Positions 50,300 through 59,973 of a stretch of DNA of 64,000 nucleotides are shown in pieces. Origin of the DNA: Candidatus Bathyarchaeia archaeon (lineage in GTDB: Archaea > Thermoproteota > Bathyarchaeia > Bathyarchaeales > Bathycorpusculaceae). A program made the position numbers and the translations under genes. Numbering within the stretch: the stretch's first letter is position 1; each line of letters starts with the position of its first letter. Where the stretch lies: positions 128,001 through 192,000 of the forward strand of contig JBEKSS010000001.1 in the NCBI GenBank assembly GCA_049516875.1, given 5' to 3'. Below the pieces are notes generated by a model, which had not been told where the DNA came from, searched no databases, and saw only the letters and a program-made list of their open reading frames with translations.

Positions 50300-50372
50300 A
50301 GAAGTATCCGGCGGGTGAGTGGGCCTCCACCCGTTCCGCCACAATAAACCCCGGAGTAGGAGGTGCATGTAG
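50300..50372 (+). promoter_or_regulatory. Structured GC-rich 5' leader of the QueT gene (candidate riboswitch)
   Basis: TTTAATA box at 50270; stems TCCGG/CCGGA, CGGGTG/CACCCG, alternative GGCGG/CCGCC; CCTCC complementary to SD GGAGG. Confidence 0.5.
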
Positions 50373-50927
50373 TTGAAATTTGATACTAGGGACATCACTC
50401 TAACTGTTGTTTTCACGGGGTTATATGCCATGATTAATTTTATGCAATTGTATTCTCCTTTCGGGAATCCTTCGATCTACGGACCCGTGCAGTTACGTCT
50501 CTCAGACTTCTTAATCGCGTTGGCTGCTTTGCTGGGAATGCCTGTCGTCATCGGAGTTACATTAGGATGTGTTGTGGTTAATGCATTTGGATCAATAGGG
50601 CCGATTGACATAGTCTTTGGTTCCCTTGCCAATCTCATAGCAGCAACTCTTGTGATGCTGCTTAGAAAACGCAGGTTACCAGCATGTATTGTAGGTGCAA
50701 TGCCTATAGGAGTAATTGTTGGAGGCGGATATCTATGGATGTTCTACCCTTACCAGACTGCAGAACTCGCGTTCTTGCCTGCTTGGATTGCGACACTAGT
50801 CAGTATTACGATCAGCAGCTTGATAGCTGTCGCGTTCATAGGCTACGCAGTTCTACGAATATTGAGCAGACCGGCAATCATCGAACCGCTGAAATCACGT
50901 GGACTTAAGACACTGGAAAAGAACTAA
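50373..50927 (+). CDS. QueT-family transporter (ECF S component)
   Basis: YGPVQLRLSD.L, G.T.G....N.F...G.ID..FG. Confidence 0.85.
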   Translation: MKFDTRDITLTVVFTGLYAMINFMQLYSPFGNPSIYGPVQLRLSDFLIALAALLGMPVVIGVTLGCVVVNAFGSIGPIDIVFGSLANLIAATLVMLLRKRRLPACIVGAMPIGVIVGGGYLWMFYPYQTAELAFLPAWIATLVSITISSLIAVAFIGYAVLRILSRPAIIEPLKSRGLKTLEKN

Positions 50928-50943
50928 GGGGATTGAAACCTCT

Positions 50944-53631
50944 TTACATGAAACGTTCCAGTTTTGTTAGCCCTATTATTTCGTCAAAATCTAGACCTAA
51001 GGCGTCTAAGACCTGATCAAACGTTGAGTGTAAATAGGCTATGTACTTGTCGACATCCACCTCACTCTTTGCTGCCAGTTCAACAGGCTTCACATGTGGT
51101 TCTTTGCTTATTTTGACAAAGCTTATCAGATCGCCTGCCTTCAATTCTGCTCCGTTTTCTCTCAAGATTTTGGCAGCCTTGACATGCTGCGGTGTTGTTT
51201 TTGTGTAGTGTTCGATGTCTTCGCCTAGGACCACATTGAAAGCCAAGTCGCTCATGCTCTCCCACTCTCGCCTCTTGAGTTGCATGTAACAGTCGCGTAT
51301 AATTTCTGCTATGTCTTTTTTCGCCTTCTCGAAATCTGCAGGGGTCTTGACGGTTGCCAAGCGTGTTTTCATTTTTTCAAATGCCCTTTTTATGAATATG
51401 GGTATGTGACGTTTCTTACCTGTCAACCCTTTGACGTCGACAGTTCCGTCCTCTAAGACGCCTAAATAGTTCTTTTTTCTCGAACTGAAGACCGCGTACC
51501 TGTAAACCTTATCGACATCAAGACTCATTTTCAGCTCTTGTTCAGTCCAATGCGCCAGTTCTTCGACCTGTTGTTTTGAGGGATTTTTCAAGAAGAGGCT
51601 GTCCGTATCACCGTAAAGAACTTGAATGCCAAGTTGCTCAGCTTTGTTAAGTATTTGTGTTATGGAGTGTCTTCCTATTGCAGCTGTGGCTTCGGCTACA
51701 GGCGGGCAGTAAAGGTCAAAGCTCTCAGCTCCGAAGACCCCGTAGCTTGCGTTTAGAATTACTTTGAGTGCTCCTTGGGTGACGTTGTACCAGCTTCTTA
51801 GGTCTGAGGTTAGGGCTTTGTCTTTGGATTTTGGCTTGTACCATTGCACTCGAAGGTCCCTTAGGGAACCGATTAGGAGACTCTCTAGTGCTCGCTTTTT
51901 GGTGCAGACCCAGTGTGGTGTGCCTGGGATGAGATTGCTGCGACATTCTGGATGCGGGCACAGGATGGATTGGTAGCCTAAATTCCAAACCTTTATTATT
52001 GAAGGGTACAGGCTTGGAAAGTCCATGACGGCAACGTTGAAGTGGACCCCGGGGACGGGTTCGACAACTATAGCGCCTTTGTATTTCTTGCCTTTGATTA
52101 TTGCTTTCGTTGCAGTTTTGCCCTTTGTTGCGAGTATGTCTTGAGGGGTTGGAATGAGCATATTTCTATGGCGATGTTCGCGTTGAAGGAAGTTTCTTAT
52201 CCAGCGCGATACGCCCTGACGACTGACATCTTCCATAGGCATGCTGCTGATTCTCGTGAGGACCAGAATCAGTTTCATGACTAGTTCATCTTCGAAACTC
52301 GTAAGTTTGAAGGTTATCTCAGAGTCTCTGAGACAGTATTTGGCCAGTTCGGTGTAGGTTAATTCTCCCAAGCTTCTGTCCAGTTTTATTTTTTCCAGCT
52401 GGATCAGCGCTCTTCCTACGTCGTTAAGGGTTATGTCTCGGTAGCGGTTGTTGAAGGCGTATATCTGGATTGAGCGATTGAAGAAGAACTTGTAGAGGTC
52501 AATGTGCACACCATAGCTTAGCAGGCAGGAGCGTTTGCCGATTTCTATTGGAATGTCACTGCGCCTTATGCCTAGGTTCATGGCGCGGTGGGCGAGATAA
52601 CGGAGGTCGAAATCGTCCCCGTTGAAGGTCAACACGAAGGGGTAGTCCCAAAGGACATCTAAAACGGCTTTTATGAGTTTTTCTTCTGTGTCAAAGTATT
52701 CGATTGCTATGTCTGCTGGTAAATGTTCTGCTCCTTCCCGGATTCCTTCGCGTCTAAGGATCAATGTTTTCTCTAGCCCGTCGGAGGCGAATATCGAGAC
52801 GCAGATAACCTGGTAGGCCGCTTCTCTTGGGTCGGGAACTCGTGTTGGGATGGGAGCCAGTACCTCGATGTCGATGGCTACACGACGGAATTTTGGGGCT
52901 GGATATTCGAGTAATCTGGCCCATTCTACGATGAAGCCACACTCTTCTTCAGTGGCATCTTTGAAAGTTTCGCGGATTTTTCCCACTGTTTTCTCAGTGT
53001 CCTGCAAGCTTTTTGCGGCCAAATTGCCATCTTTGACTTCGTATATCATTCCGGGCGAAAGGTTTCGGTCGAAAATGTAGGATTGATAATATTTTATCGT
53101 TGATTCCCATACTTTGATTTGTTCAGGGGCGATTGGTGTGTCCGAGACTTTTGGGAAGTCCTCTGGGATTATGTCTCTGATGCACCCTGTAGGGCGTCCT
53201 CCGATTGCCAGAGGGTCTTTGGTCAGGATTTTTGTTATTTTCACGTCCTTGTCTAGAAGGGGGTCAAATTTGTCGACGGTTTCAAATCGGTCTAAACCTT
53301 GATGATGGACTAGGCGACTGATTCTTTCAAGCTCGTATCGTGACAAATTGGTTAGGCAGTATGGCTGGTGTCCGGTATTGTCGTACCAGAAGTAGATTTG
53401 ACCTGAGGCCGGTTCATAGAGTTTCATTATGGCCTTTCCCACTTTTCCATCGTAGGTGGCGGATACAAGATAGGAAGCGGACAGATTTGGAGGCGCCACT
53501 GGTGGAAAAGCGCGTTTTCCTTTTTCGTTGGCCACGCTTTCTGTGATGATAGTGGCTCTTGGCTCCGTTTTCACTTCTTTTGCATACACAGCTTTTTTGT
53601 GTGAAAAGTCTTCTAAGTGTTTTTGTGCCAT
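50944..53631 (-). CDS. polB1: Family B DNA polymerase B1
   Basis: DIEV, TFNGD.FD, DF.SLYPS, K..NASYG, YGDTDS, KKNY; crenarchaeal-type N-terminus W.DNTGH.PY. Confidence 0.96.
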   Translation of the reverse strand: MAQKHLEDFSHKKAVYAKEVKTEPRATIITESVANEKGKRAFPPVAPPNLSASYLVSATYDGKVGKAIMKLYEPASGQIYFWYDNTGHQPYCLTNLSRYELERISRLVHHQGLDRFETVDKFDPLLDKDVKITKILTKDPLAIGGRPTGCIRDIIPEDFPKVSDTPIAPEQIKVWESTIKYYQSYIFDRNLSPGMIYEVKDGNLAAKSLQDTEKTVGKIRETFKDATEEECGFIVEWARLLEYPAPKFRRVAIDIEVLAPIPTRVPDPREAAYQVICVSIFASDGLEKTLILRREGIREGAEHLPADIAIEYFDTEEKLIKAVLDVLWDYPFVLTFNGDDFDLRYLAHRAMNLGIRRSDIPIEIGKRSCLLSYGVHIDLYKFFFNRSIQIYAFNNRYRDITLNDVGRALIQLEKIKLDRSLGELTYTELAKYCLRDSEITFKLTSFEDELVMKLILVLTRISSMPMEDVSRQGVSRWIRNFLQREHRHRNMLIPTPQDILATKGKTATKAIIKGKKYKGAIVVEPVPGVHFNVAVMDFPSLYPSIIKVWNLGYQSILCPHPECRSNLIPGTPHWVCTKKRALESLLIGSLRDLRVQWYKPKSKDKALTSDLRSWYNVTQGALKVILNASYGVFGAESFDLYCPPVAEATAAIGRHSITQILNKAEQLGIQVLYGDTDSLFLKNPSKQQVEELAHWTEQELKMSLDVDKVYRYAVFSSRKKNYLGVLEDGTVDVKGLTGKKRHIPIFIKRAFEKMKTRLATVKTPADFEKAKKDIAEIIRDCYMQLKRREWESMSDLAFNVVLGEDIEHYTKTTPQHVKAAKILRENGAELKAGDLISFVKISKEPHVKPVELAAKSEVDVDKYIAYLHSTFDQVLDALGLDFDEIIGLTKLERFM

Positions 53632-53872
53632 CTCAGCTTTGACCCTGTTAGCGTTATGCGTTTGAAACCTAAAAGCTCTTGTCCTTTAACCAGGAAAACA
53701 TTGTTTCGAGCTTCTAACTCTAAAGTGCGCGCTAAACTGCACGATCGGCAAACAGACCATCCAGATTATAATGCCACGGTCTTCTGAGTAAGGTTGATAC
53801 ATATTGATACAATACATAGCGCGCCATTCAAGGTTCTCTGGCTTTCGGTTATGTGTGTGCCTAGATGCCTTA

Positions 53873-53922
53873 CCCCCGGTCCACTATATGATACAAATAT
53901 GACCTTGACAAAAAGTGCACGC
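53873..53922. repeat. ~50-bp dispersed element, copy 2 (ends in degenerate GTGCACGC)
   Basis: CCCCCGGTCCACTATATGATACAAATATGACCTTGACAAAAAGTGCACGC aligns to 16686-16735. Confidence 0.85.
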
Positions 53923-53936
53923 GAAATATTCTGGTG

Positions 53937-55175
53937 TTAGGAGCTTTCGTTTTTGATTTTGTTGACCGTCTCTTGAATTGTTAGGAGGCCTAGGTCTCCG
54001 ACCTTGTGTTTTCTGACTGATATTTTGTTGAGTTTGGTTTCTTGCTTGCCGAGGATTAGCATGTATGGAATTTTGAGGATTTCAGCTTGTCTAATCTTGT
54101 AACTGATCGTTGAAGTGCTGTCGTCAACTTCACATCTTATTTGAAAAGCTAGCAGGCTTTCGCGAATTGTTTCGGCATAGTGCAAGTAGTTGGTGCTGAC
54201 AGGCAAAATGGTAACTTGTACTGGAGCGAGCCAAACTGGAAGGTTTCCGTTGCAGTGCTCTATTAGAATAGCGAAGAAGCGTTCGACTGCGCCGAGTAGA
54301 ACTCTGTGTATCATCACTACTTCATGTTCATTCCCGTCAGGTCCGATGTAGACGATTTTGAAGCGTCGGGGCAGGTTAAAGTCGAATTGTATAGTGGTAC
54401 ATTGCCATTCCCTTTGCGAAGCGTCAACTATGTTGACGTCGATTTTTGGACCGTAAAACGCTGCTTCTCCGGGCATTTCTTGGTGGGCGATATTCCTTTC
54501 ATTGAGGGCTTCTGCCAGAATGTTTTGAGCGTTGATCCATTGTTCCTCTGTGCCCATGTACTTTTCTGGATGCTGTGGGTCCTTGGTTGAGAGGTATGTG
54601 CGGTATTCTTTGAAACCGAATTTCTCCAGCATGTGCTGGTTGAAGTCTAGAAGTCTGACCAGTTCTGGCAGGACATATTGTGGTGCACAGAATATGTGGG
54701 CATCGTCCTGTGTGAACCCTCTAACTCGCAGCAGTCCTTGCAGCGTCCCTGATCGTTCATATCTGTAAACGGTTCCCCATTCTGCGTATCTTATTGGCAA
54801 GTCTCTATAACTTCTGGGCCGAGCCTTGTAGATTTGGATGTGGAATGGACAGTTCATCGGTTTAACAACGTACTTTTCGCCTTCTTTTTCGAAAAGGTAC
54901 ATGTTCTGCTCGTAGTAGTCCAAGTGTCCTGACGTTCGCCACAGTTCTTCGCGGGCTATGTGGGGGGTGCAGACTAGCTGATACCCGTTTTTCAAGTGTT
55001 CTTCTTCCCAGAAGTCTCTGATTACTTTGCGGACGATGGTTCCTTTGGGATGCCAGAGGACTAAGCCGCTGCCCACTTCCTCGTTGATTGAGTACAAATC
55101 CAGTTGCCAACCTATAGCTCGGTGATCAGCAGTTGCAACCTCTCTTTCCTTGTCTTTGTTTCTTAAAAGACTCAT
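53937..55175 (-). CDS. thrS: Threonyl-tRNA synthetase, catalytic plus anticodon domains only
   Basis: DHR.IG..LDL, KPMNCP.H, YRYERSG..GLLRVRGFTQDDAHIF, AFYGPKID, IHR..G..ERF. Confidence 0.95.
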   Translation of the reverse strand: MSLLRNKDKEREVATADHRAIGWQLDLYSINEEVGSGLVLWHPKGTIVRKVIRDFWEEEHLKNGYQLVCTPHIAREELWRTSGHLDYYEQNMYLFEKEGEKYVVKPMNCPFHIQIYKARPRSYRDLPIRYAEWGTVYRYERSGTLQGLLRVRGFTQDDAHIFCAPQYVLPELVRLLDFNQHMLEKFGFKEYRTYLSTKDPQHPEKYMGTEEQWINAQNILAEALNERNIAHQEMPGEAAFYGPKIDVNIVDASQREWQCTTIQFDFNLPRRFKIVYIGPDGNEHEVVMIHRVLLGAVERFFAILIEHCNGNLPVWLAPVQVTILPVSTNYLHYAETIRESLLAFQIRCEVDDSTSTISYKIRQAEILKIPYMLILGKQETKLNKISVRKHKVGDLGLLTIQETVNKIKNESS

Positions 55176-55390
55176 TCTCACGGATTCTTCAGGGGGCTGT
55201 TTTCGTCTGAAAACACGTTTAGAGTTGTGTTTCTGAATACCCCATTTGGAACACCGAGCTTGTTGATACTGCACCAGAGTATATATCCCTTCTTCTGAAC
55301 AAGCGTCGGAAGGATGCACACTGGAAATACGGAATGCCTTTAATTCTCACCCGCTTCATTCTTGATGTTCAAAGGGCGTGTGCAAAAGCC

Positions 55391-56740
55391 TTGCTTAAGG
55401 AAGCTTGGACGCTTTCGATTGAAACCCTAAGCTGGATGGAAATGCGAAGGTTAAGCGAGCCATTGGCTTTGGCAAGAACGGTTAAACAGCTAGGTATGAC
55501 TGATCATAATGCTGTGAGGATGGCTCATCTACTTGTCTCTGAAACCGTGAGACGACAGAACTTCATAGACAAGTTCATAAACAACATCATAAAGCCAAAC
55601 TCTTTGAGCGAATTCAACTTTGGAATTCAAGCATTTCTGAGACTTTATGTATACCAGACGAGAATTGTCAAGAACTGGTCCAGAATAAATTTTGATGAAG
55701 CGGAGAACATAGTAAAACTTGCCCGCTCCATTTTGGGGTGGAAAACGCTGCAGCGAGTCGAACTAATTCTAGGCGTGTTACTGACTCAAAGAGCGGCATC
55801 AGTGTTCGAAGGCGGAAGCGACGAGGAGCAAATCGGGTTGCGAACTTTTCACCCATCGTGGTTTGTGAAATATTGCATAGGACTCTTCGGCAGAAGTGAG
55901 ACTGTCGACATGTTACAAGCGGACATGAAACCGCCTCCGACTTACGTGAGGATAAACACCCTTAAGGGTGATGAGAATAAGATCCTCGAGAGACTTGCTC
56001 AAGATTGCATTAACGTTGAGAAAGTTAATGAGCTGAAGTACACATACGAGGTCTCAGCCACACGGCAACCCGTAACTAGAACCGCGACTTTCCAAGAAGG
56101 TTTGGTCTATCTTCAGGATAAGGCCAGCTGTTTCGCAGTAGAGGCAGGAAACCCGACACGTGATATGACTGTTCTAGATGTTTGTGCAGCGCCCGGAGCG
56201 AAGACCACCTACCTCGCTCAGCTAATGCAAAACAAAGGTGAAATCATAAGCCTGGATTATTCGAAACGCAGAATGGCTACCTGGAAAAATGAAATTGCCC
56301 GCACGGGCGTTGAAATCGCCAAACCGATAATTGCTGACGCACGCGCACATTTGGCATTAGTTGCGAAGGCTGACTTGCTAATTCTGGATCCCCCATGCAC
56401 GGGCACAGGCACTTTTGGGAAGATGCCTTCAGCCAAATGGAGGCTTACGCCGGGTTCTGCAGAGAAAATGGCTGAAATTCAATGGCAAATGTTGAGCAAT
56501 TGTTCAGAATATGTGAAGCCCGGAGGAACACTGATCTATTCTACATGCAGCGTTACGGTAGAAGAGAATGAGATGCCAGTTGAGCGGTTTATGAAATGGC
56601 ATCCAGAGTTCTTGCTGACTGAAATAGCGCCAAGAATAGGTTTGCCGGGATTGAGAGGGCAGGAAAAGTGTCAAAGGCTTTATCCGCACATACATCGGTG
56701 CAATGGCTTCTTCATCGCGAAAATGTTGAAGAGCGAATGA
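55391..56740 (+). CDS. RsmB/NOP2/Sun-family m5C RNA methyltransferase
   Basis: RINTLK, QDKAS, DVCAAPGAKT, DPPCTG, YSTCS...EENE. Confidence 0.95.
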   Translation: MLKEAWTLSIETLSWMEMRRLSEPLALARTVKQLGMTDHNAVRMAHLLVSETVRRQNFIDKFINNIIKPNSLSEFNFGIQAFLRLYVYQTRIVKNWSRINFDEAENIVKLARSILGWKTLQRVELILGVLLTQRAASVFEGGSDEEQIGLRTFHPSWFVKYCIGLFGRSETVDMLQADMKPPPTYVRINTLKGDENKILERLAQDCINVEKVNELKYTYEVSATRQPVTRTATFQEGLVYLQDKASCFAVEAGNPTRDMTVLDVCAAPGAKTTYLAQLMQNKGEIISLDYSKRRMATWKNEIARTGVEIAKPIIADARAHLALVAKADLLILDPPCTGTGTFGKMPSAKWRLTPGSAEKMAEIQWQMLSNCSEYVKPGGTLIYSTCSVTVEENEMPVERFMKWHPEFLLTEIAPRIGLPGLRGQEKCQRLYPHIHRCNGFFIAKMLKSE

Positions 56741-56804
56741 ATCAAGGATATTTGAAGCCACAGTTCCTTCATCATGATGCTCTTGTTGCGTGTTTCTTTC
56801 TAGG

Positions 56805-57704
56805 CTACGCTTTCTTTGATTTCTCCAGTAGGCATAGCAATTCGAAAATCACCTTTGCGGCCTGAATGGCTGAAATGCCTTGGTCATAGTTCGGGGCAAT
56901 TTCCAGAACATCGAAACCAACTATCCGACTATCGCACACATCGTCCAGAATGTCGAGCAAAACAGTCATTTCGAGCCCGTCTGCCTCAGGATTTTGCACT
57001 GCAGGAACGTATGCAGGATCAAGGATGTCCATGTCAACTGACAAGTAGATGTTCCTGTATCCTTCCAGCTCTTCCCTCAGCCTGTTCGCGCTTCTCTTGC
57101 TGCCCATCTTTCGTATTTGGTGAGTTGTAAGAAAATCAATTCTTGTCTTTCTTGCGTACGCCAGTTCTTCCTTGCAAACTGCCCTTGTGCCGACTTCTAT
57201 AATTTTCGCTGGTTTTACTTCTTCGCTTATTCTACGCATGAAAGTTGTGTGAGAGAGTTTCAGCCCTAGGAACTCGTTTCGCAAGTCAAGATGTGCATCG
57301 AAACTGACTATTGCTGTTTCTGATGCCTTGTCTCTTAAGCTCCTCGCGATGCCAAGCGTTATTGTGTGTTCGCCACCGATTGTTACAGGCGTCTTTCCAT
57401 TTTCAATGATGCTTCTGATGACGTGTTCCAGGGTTTCTAAGGTCTTTTCAGTGTTTGCAGCGACATGCAAATCGCCCAAATCATGCAACATCAGGTCTTC
57501 AACGTCTATTCCCGTGCGCAGACTGTAAGTTTCAATGTTTAGTGATGCTTGTCTAATTGCGTTTGGACCAAACCGTGCTCCAGTGCGATAGGTACTGGTG
57601 ACATCGAATGGAACGCCCAGGATTACGTAATTAGCTTTCTCGAAAGACTTCTGAAAACCGCCAAAGACGTTTGATTGAGAAACAAAGAGTTCATGATTGC
57701 TCAT
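56805..57704 (-). CDS. speB: Agmatinase
   Basis: GVPFD.T.TYR.GARFGP, GGEHTIT, FDAHLD, SVDMDILDP. Confidence 0.95.
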   Translation of the reverse strand: MSNHELFVSQSNVFGGFQKSFEKANYVILGVPFDVTSTYRTGARFGPNAIRQASLNIETYSLRTGIDVEDLMLHDLGDLHVAANTEKTLETLEHVIRSIIENGKTPVTIGGEHTITLGIARSLRDKASETAIVSFDAHLDLRNEFLGLKLSHTTFMRRISEEVKPAKIIEVGTRAVCKEELAYARKTRIDFLTTHQIRKMGSKRSANRLREELEGYRNIYLSVDMDILDPAYVPAVQNPEADGLEMTVLLDILDDVCDSRIVGFDVLEIAPNYDQGISAIQAAKVIFELLCLLEKSKKA

Positions 57705-57765
57705 GTGATCTTCCACACTTCCTGCTTCTGTTTATCTTAACGGTGTATTCTAAACTTTTCCGTCA

Positions 57766-58297
57766 GCGCGCGCATAGGAGAACCTCTGAGCTTAGAATGG
57801 ATTGATGTGGACTTTGAAAAGAGAGTGATTGTTCTTAACAACCCAGAAAAACACGGGAACCCTAGAGCGTTTATGGTGTCTGAAAAGCTCGTGGCGATGC
57901 TCAACAGGCTGCCTAAAGATAACAGTAAGATGTTTGGGCTCCAGTTATGGCGCATAACATTCAACAACTTTAACAAGCAGAGGAAAAATGCTGCAAGGAA
58001 GCTGAGTAACCCAAGATTGTTGAGAATCCACTTCCACACTCTTAGACATTGGAAGGCAACGATGGAATACAATAGAACCAAGGATATCCTATACGTGATG
58101 AAGTTATCGGGACACAAGAACATTGCTAACACCCTGATCTACACACAATGATCTACACACAACTGGTAAAGTTTGAGGGAGACGAATACAACTCGGCAGT
58201 TGCCATCACATTGGAAGAAGCTAAGAAACTCATCGAAGCTGGATTTGAATATGTCTGCAATCATGAAAATGTCATGCTCTTCAGAAAACGAAAATAG
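57766..58297 (+). pseudogene. Tyrosine recombinase/integrase remnant (catalytic domain plus C-tail)
   Basis: ARIGE...EK...HFHTLRH...GHKNI.NTLIY (R-K-H-R-H-Y); a 14-bp duplication at 58135-58162 splits off the tail LVKFEGDEY...LIEAGFEYVC...LFRKRK; N-terminal half absent. Confidence 0.92.
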
Positions 58298-58324
58298 GAT
58301 AAAACTTTACCCCCAAACCCAAAC
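58297..58324. repeat. Left att-like site: GGATAAAACTTTACC plus arm CCCAAACCCAAAC
   Basis: 15-bp core identical to 60370-60384; arm is an inverted repeat of 60359-60371; overlaps the integrase stop codon. Confidence 0.75.
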
Positions 58325-58382
58325 TGCTCTCCGCAAGTGATAAGAATTTAGTTGAAGACATAATGGTGAAGGTGCACATTTC

Positions 58383-58826
58383 GTGACTGGAGAGCGCAAT
58401 GACTATTCACATTATACTGGGATTTTGTCAAATCTGATTGGTGGTTTGTATTTTGCTGCTGGTTTCACTTTCACCGCCATAACCCTGCTACTTACTTTTC
58501 AGACCCAGACAAGCCTCTTCTTTCAGATCACTCTTTTTATAATGAATATTATAGTCGATCTGTCCTTCTTCTTGGCACAATGGTACACAACGCATTCAAC
58601 CCTTTATGCAGCCATCCCGCCACTCACAGGATTTTCCCAGATTGCAAATTACTTGACGTTTTTGGTTGCAAGTCTGACGACGATAGTGCCAACGTTACTT
58701 TTCTTTGTTTATGGGTTTGTCTATTTGGGAATAGCATCGGCGATTCAATGGATAGCGATGCTCATCGCTGCGTATCTCTTCATTTATAGGCAAATCAGTA
58801 AGAAAACCATATTCCAGAAATCCTGA
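58383..58826 (+). CDS. Hypothetical 4-TM membrane protein
   Basis: 147-aa hydrophobic ORF, GAAGGTG SD-like sequence upstream. Confidence 0.75.
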   Translation: MTGERNDYSHYTGILSNLIGGLYFAAGFTFTAITLLLTFQTQTSLFFQITLFIMNIIVDLSFFLAQWYTTHSTLYAAIPPLTGFSQIANYLTFLVASLTTIVPTLLFFVYGFVYLGIASAIQWIAMLIAAYLFIYRQISKKTIFQKS

Positions 58827-58858
58827 AAGCAGAAACAAGAAACTAGTTTTCGTTAATA

Positions 58859-58866
58859 GCGCGCGC
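58859..58866. repeat. GCGCGCGC palindrome (TAGCGCGCGCTA)
   Basis: 32 bp after the stop at 58826. Confidence 0.9.
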
Positions 58867-58955
58867 TACCCTGGGAAATCGGTTGATGCTAGTACAACTA
58901 TGGTGAAAGAATTAATAGGAAAGAACACGCTTTCCTGTATTCGGAGACCGTATTT

Positions 58956-59303
58956 ATGATCAAGAAACCAGAATGGAAGCTTAATACTACTGTCACAAAG
59001 AAAATTCGGGTCCTAGACAAGGTTGAGGAGGAACGAGAGATCAATGCGTTTGACTCAGAAATGAATATGCCCTTTATTCTGGATGTTCCAGAAGGAATTT
59101 CAATGGAGGAAATAGAAACCAATAGATGGTATCGTGCGACATTTAAGGTTTACACGTCCAAATTGATCCCCGAAATAGAAGAAGAATGGTCTAAGGTGGC
59201 AAAGACAACTGGAGGTATTCGTGAAGGGATAGAACGAATGAAGCAATCTGGAGGGTACGGGACTTTATATAAGTTCGAATTGGTTTCACTAAAATCAACA
59301 TAA
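58956..59303 (+). CDS. Hypothetical protein, 115 aa
   Basis: Clean ORF; GAAAGAATTAATA promoter-like box upstream. Confidence 0.75.
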   Translation: MIKKPEWKLNTTVTKKIRVLDKVEEEREINAFDSEMNMPFILDVPEGISMEEIETNRWYRATFKVYTSKLIPEIEEEWSKVAKTTGGIREGIERMKQSGGYGTLYKFELVSLKST

Positions 59304-59319
59304 TCATAAACAGATGCTT

Positions 59320-59462
59320 TCAATAGACTTCATGCTCTTTTTTTGAACTGCTTGCATCTTGAATTAGGGTAATCCACTTGTTGTTTTCTTCTACTTTGAT
59401 TCCGCAGGCTTCAGCAGGAGTCTTACCAGCTATCCTTCATGTGGTCTTATGAAGCTGTGAAA
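59320..59462 (-). pseudogene. C-terminal remnant of an archaeal DDE transposase/integrase-core protein (IS6-like)
   Basis: HSFIRPHEG / AGKTPAEACGIKVEENNKWITLIQDAS across one frameshift. Confidence 0.7.
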
Positions 59463-59521
59463 CGAGTCCATATGCAATTTTTATTTTGCGAGCCCACACG
59501 ACTTACTCACATAATTGGTTA

Positions 59522-59529
59522 GCGCGCGC
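59522..59529. repeat. GCGCGCGC palindrome
   Basis: Directly upstream of the TTTAAATA box of the 59571 gene. Confidence 0.9.
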
Positions 59530-59570
59530 AAAAATCAATTTAAATAGCGGTTTTTAGCATAACGATAGTT

Positions 59571-59840
59571 ATGAGTCAAGCTCCATTTAGTCAAGAAGAC
59601 ATCAGTGAAGGCGAAGATATTGACTGGACAAACGAACAAGAACAATGGAACACATACAAACTCGCAGACGGAACAATCATGAAAGTAAAACTCGTCCTAA
59701 AAGGTGTCAAACGACTAAAAAAACACCTTCCAGACGGAACACCAATATATATGATAATGTCTGACAATGTTGTTCGTGTCATTAACGTTCCAGAGAATCT
59801 AAAGTTGAAGCCAAAACAGTCAGGTATGAAACCAGTCTAA
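59571..59840 (+). CDS. Small hypothetical protein, 89 aa
   Basis: EQWNTYKLADGT.MKVKLV...DGTPIY; own TATA box; flanked both sides by GCGCGCGC. Confidence 0.85.
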   Translation: MSQAPFSQEDISEGEDIDWTNEQEQWNTYKLADGTIMKVKLVLKGVKRLKKHLPDGTPIYMIMSDNVVRVINVPENLKLKPKQSGMKPV

Positions 59841-59853
59841 CCTGTTAGCCATA

Positions 59854-59861
59854 GCGCGCGC
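59854..59861. repeat. GCGCGCGC palindrome
   Basis: 13 bp after the stop at 59840. Confidence 0.9.
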
Positions 59862-59973
59862 TCAACATTGACTTTGCCGTTCAGACCTCAAAATTCGGAA
59901 AAACCTGATTGTTACATTACTGTTACCATAGCACTGTTGCGTTTTGATGGGAAAAGCTGTACATTGTGGTATT

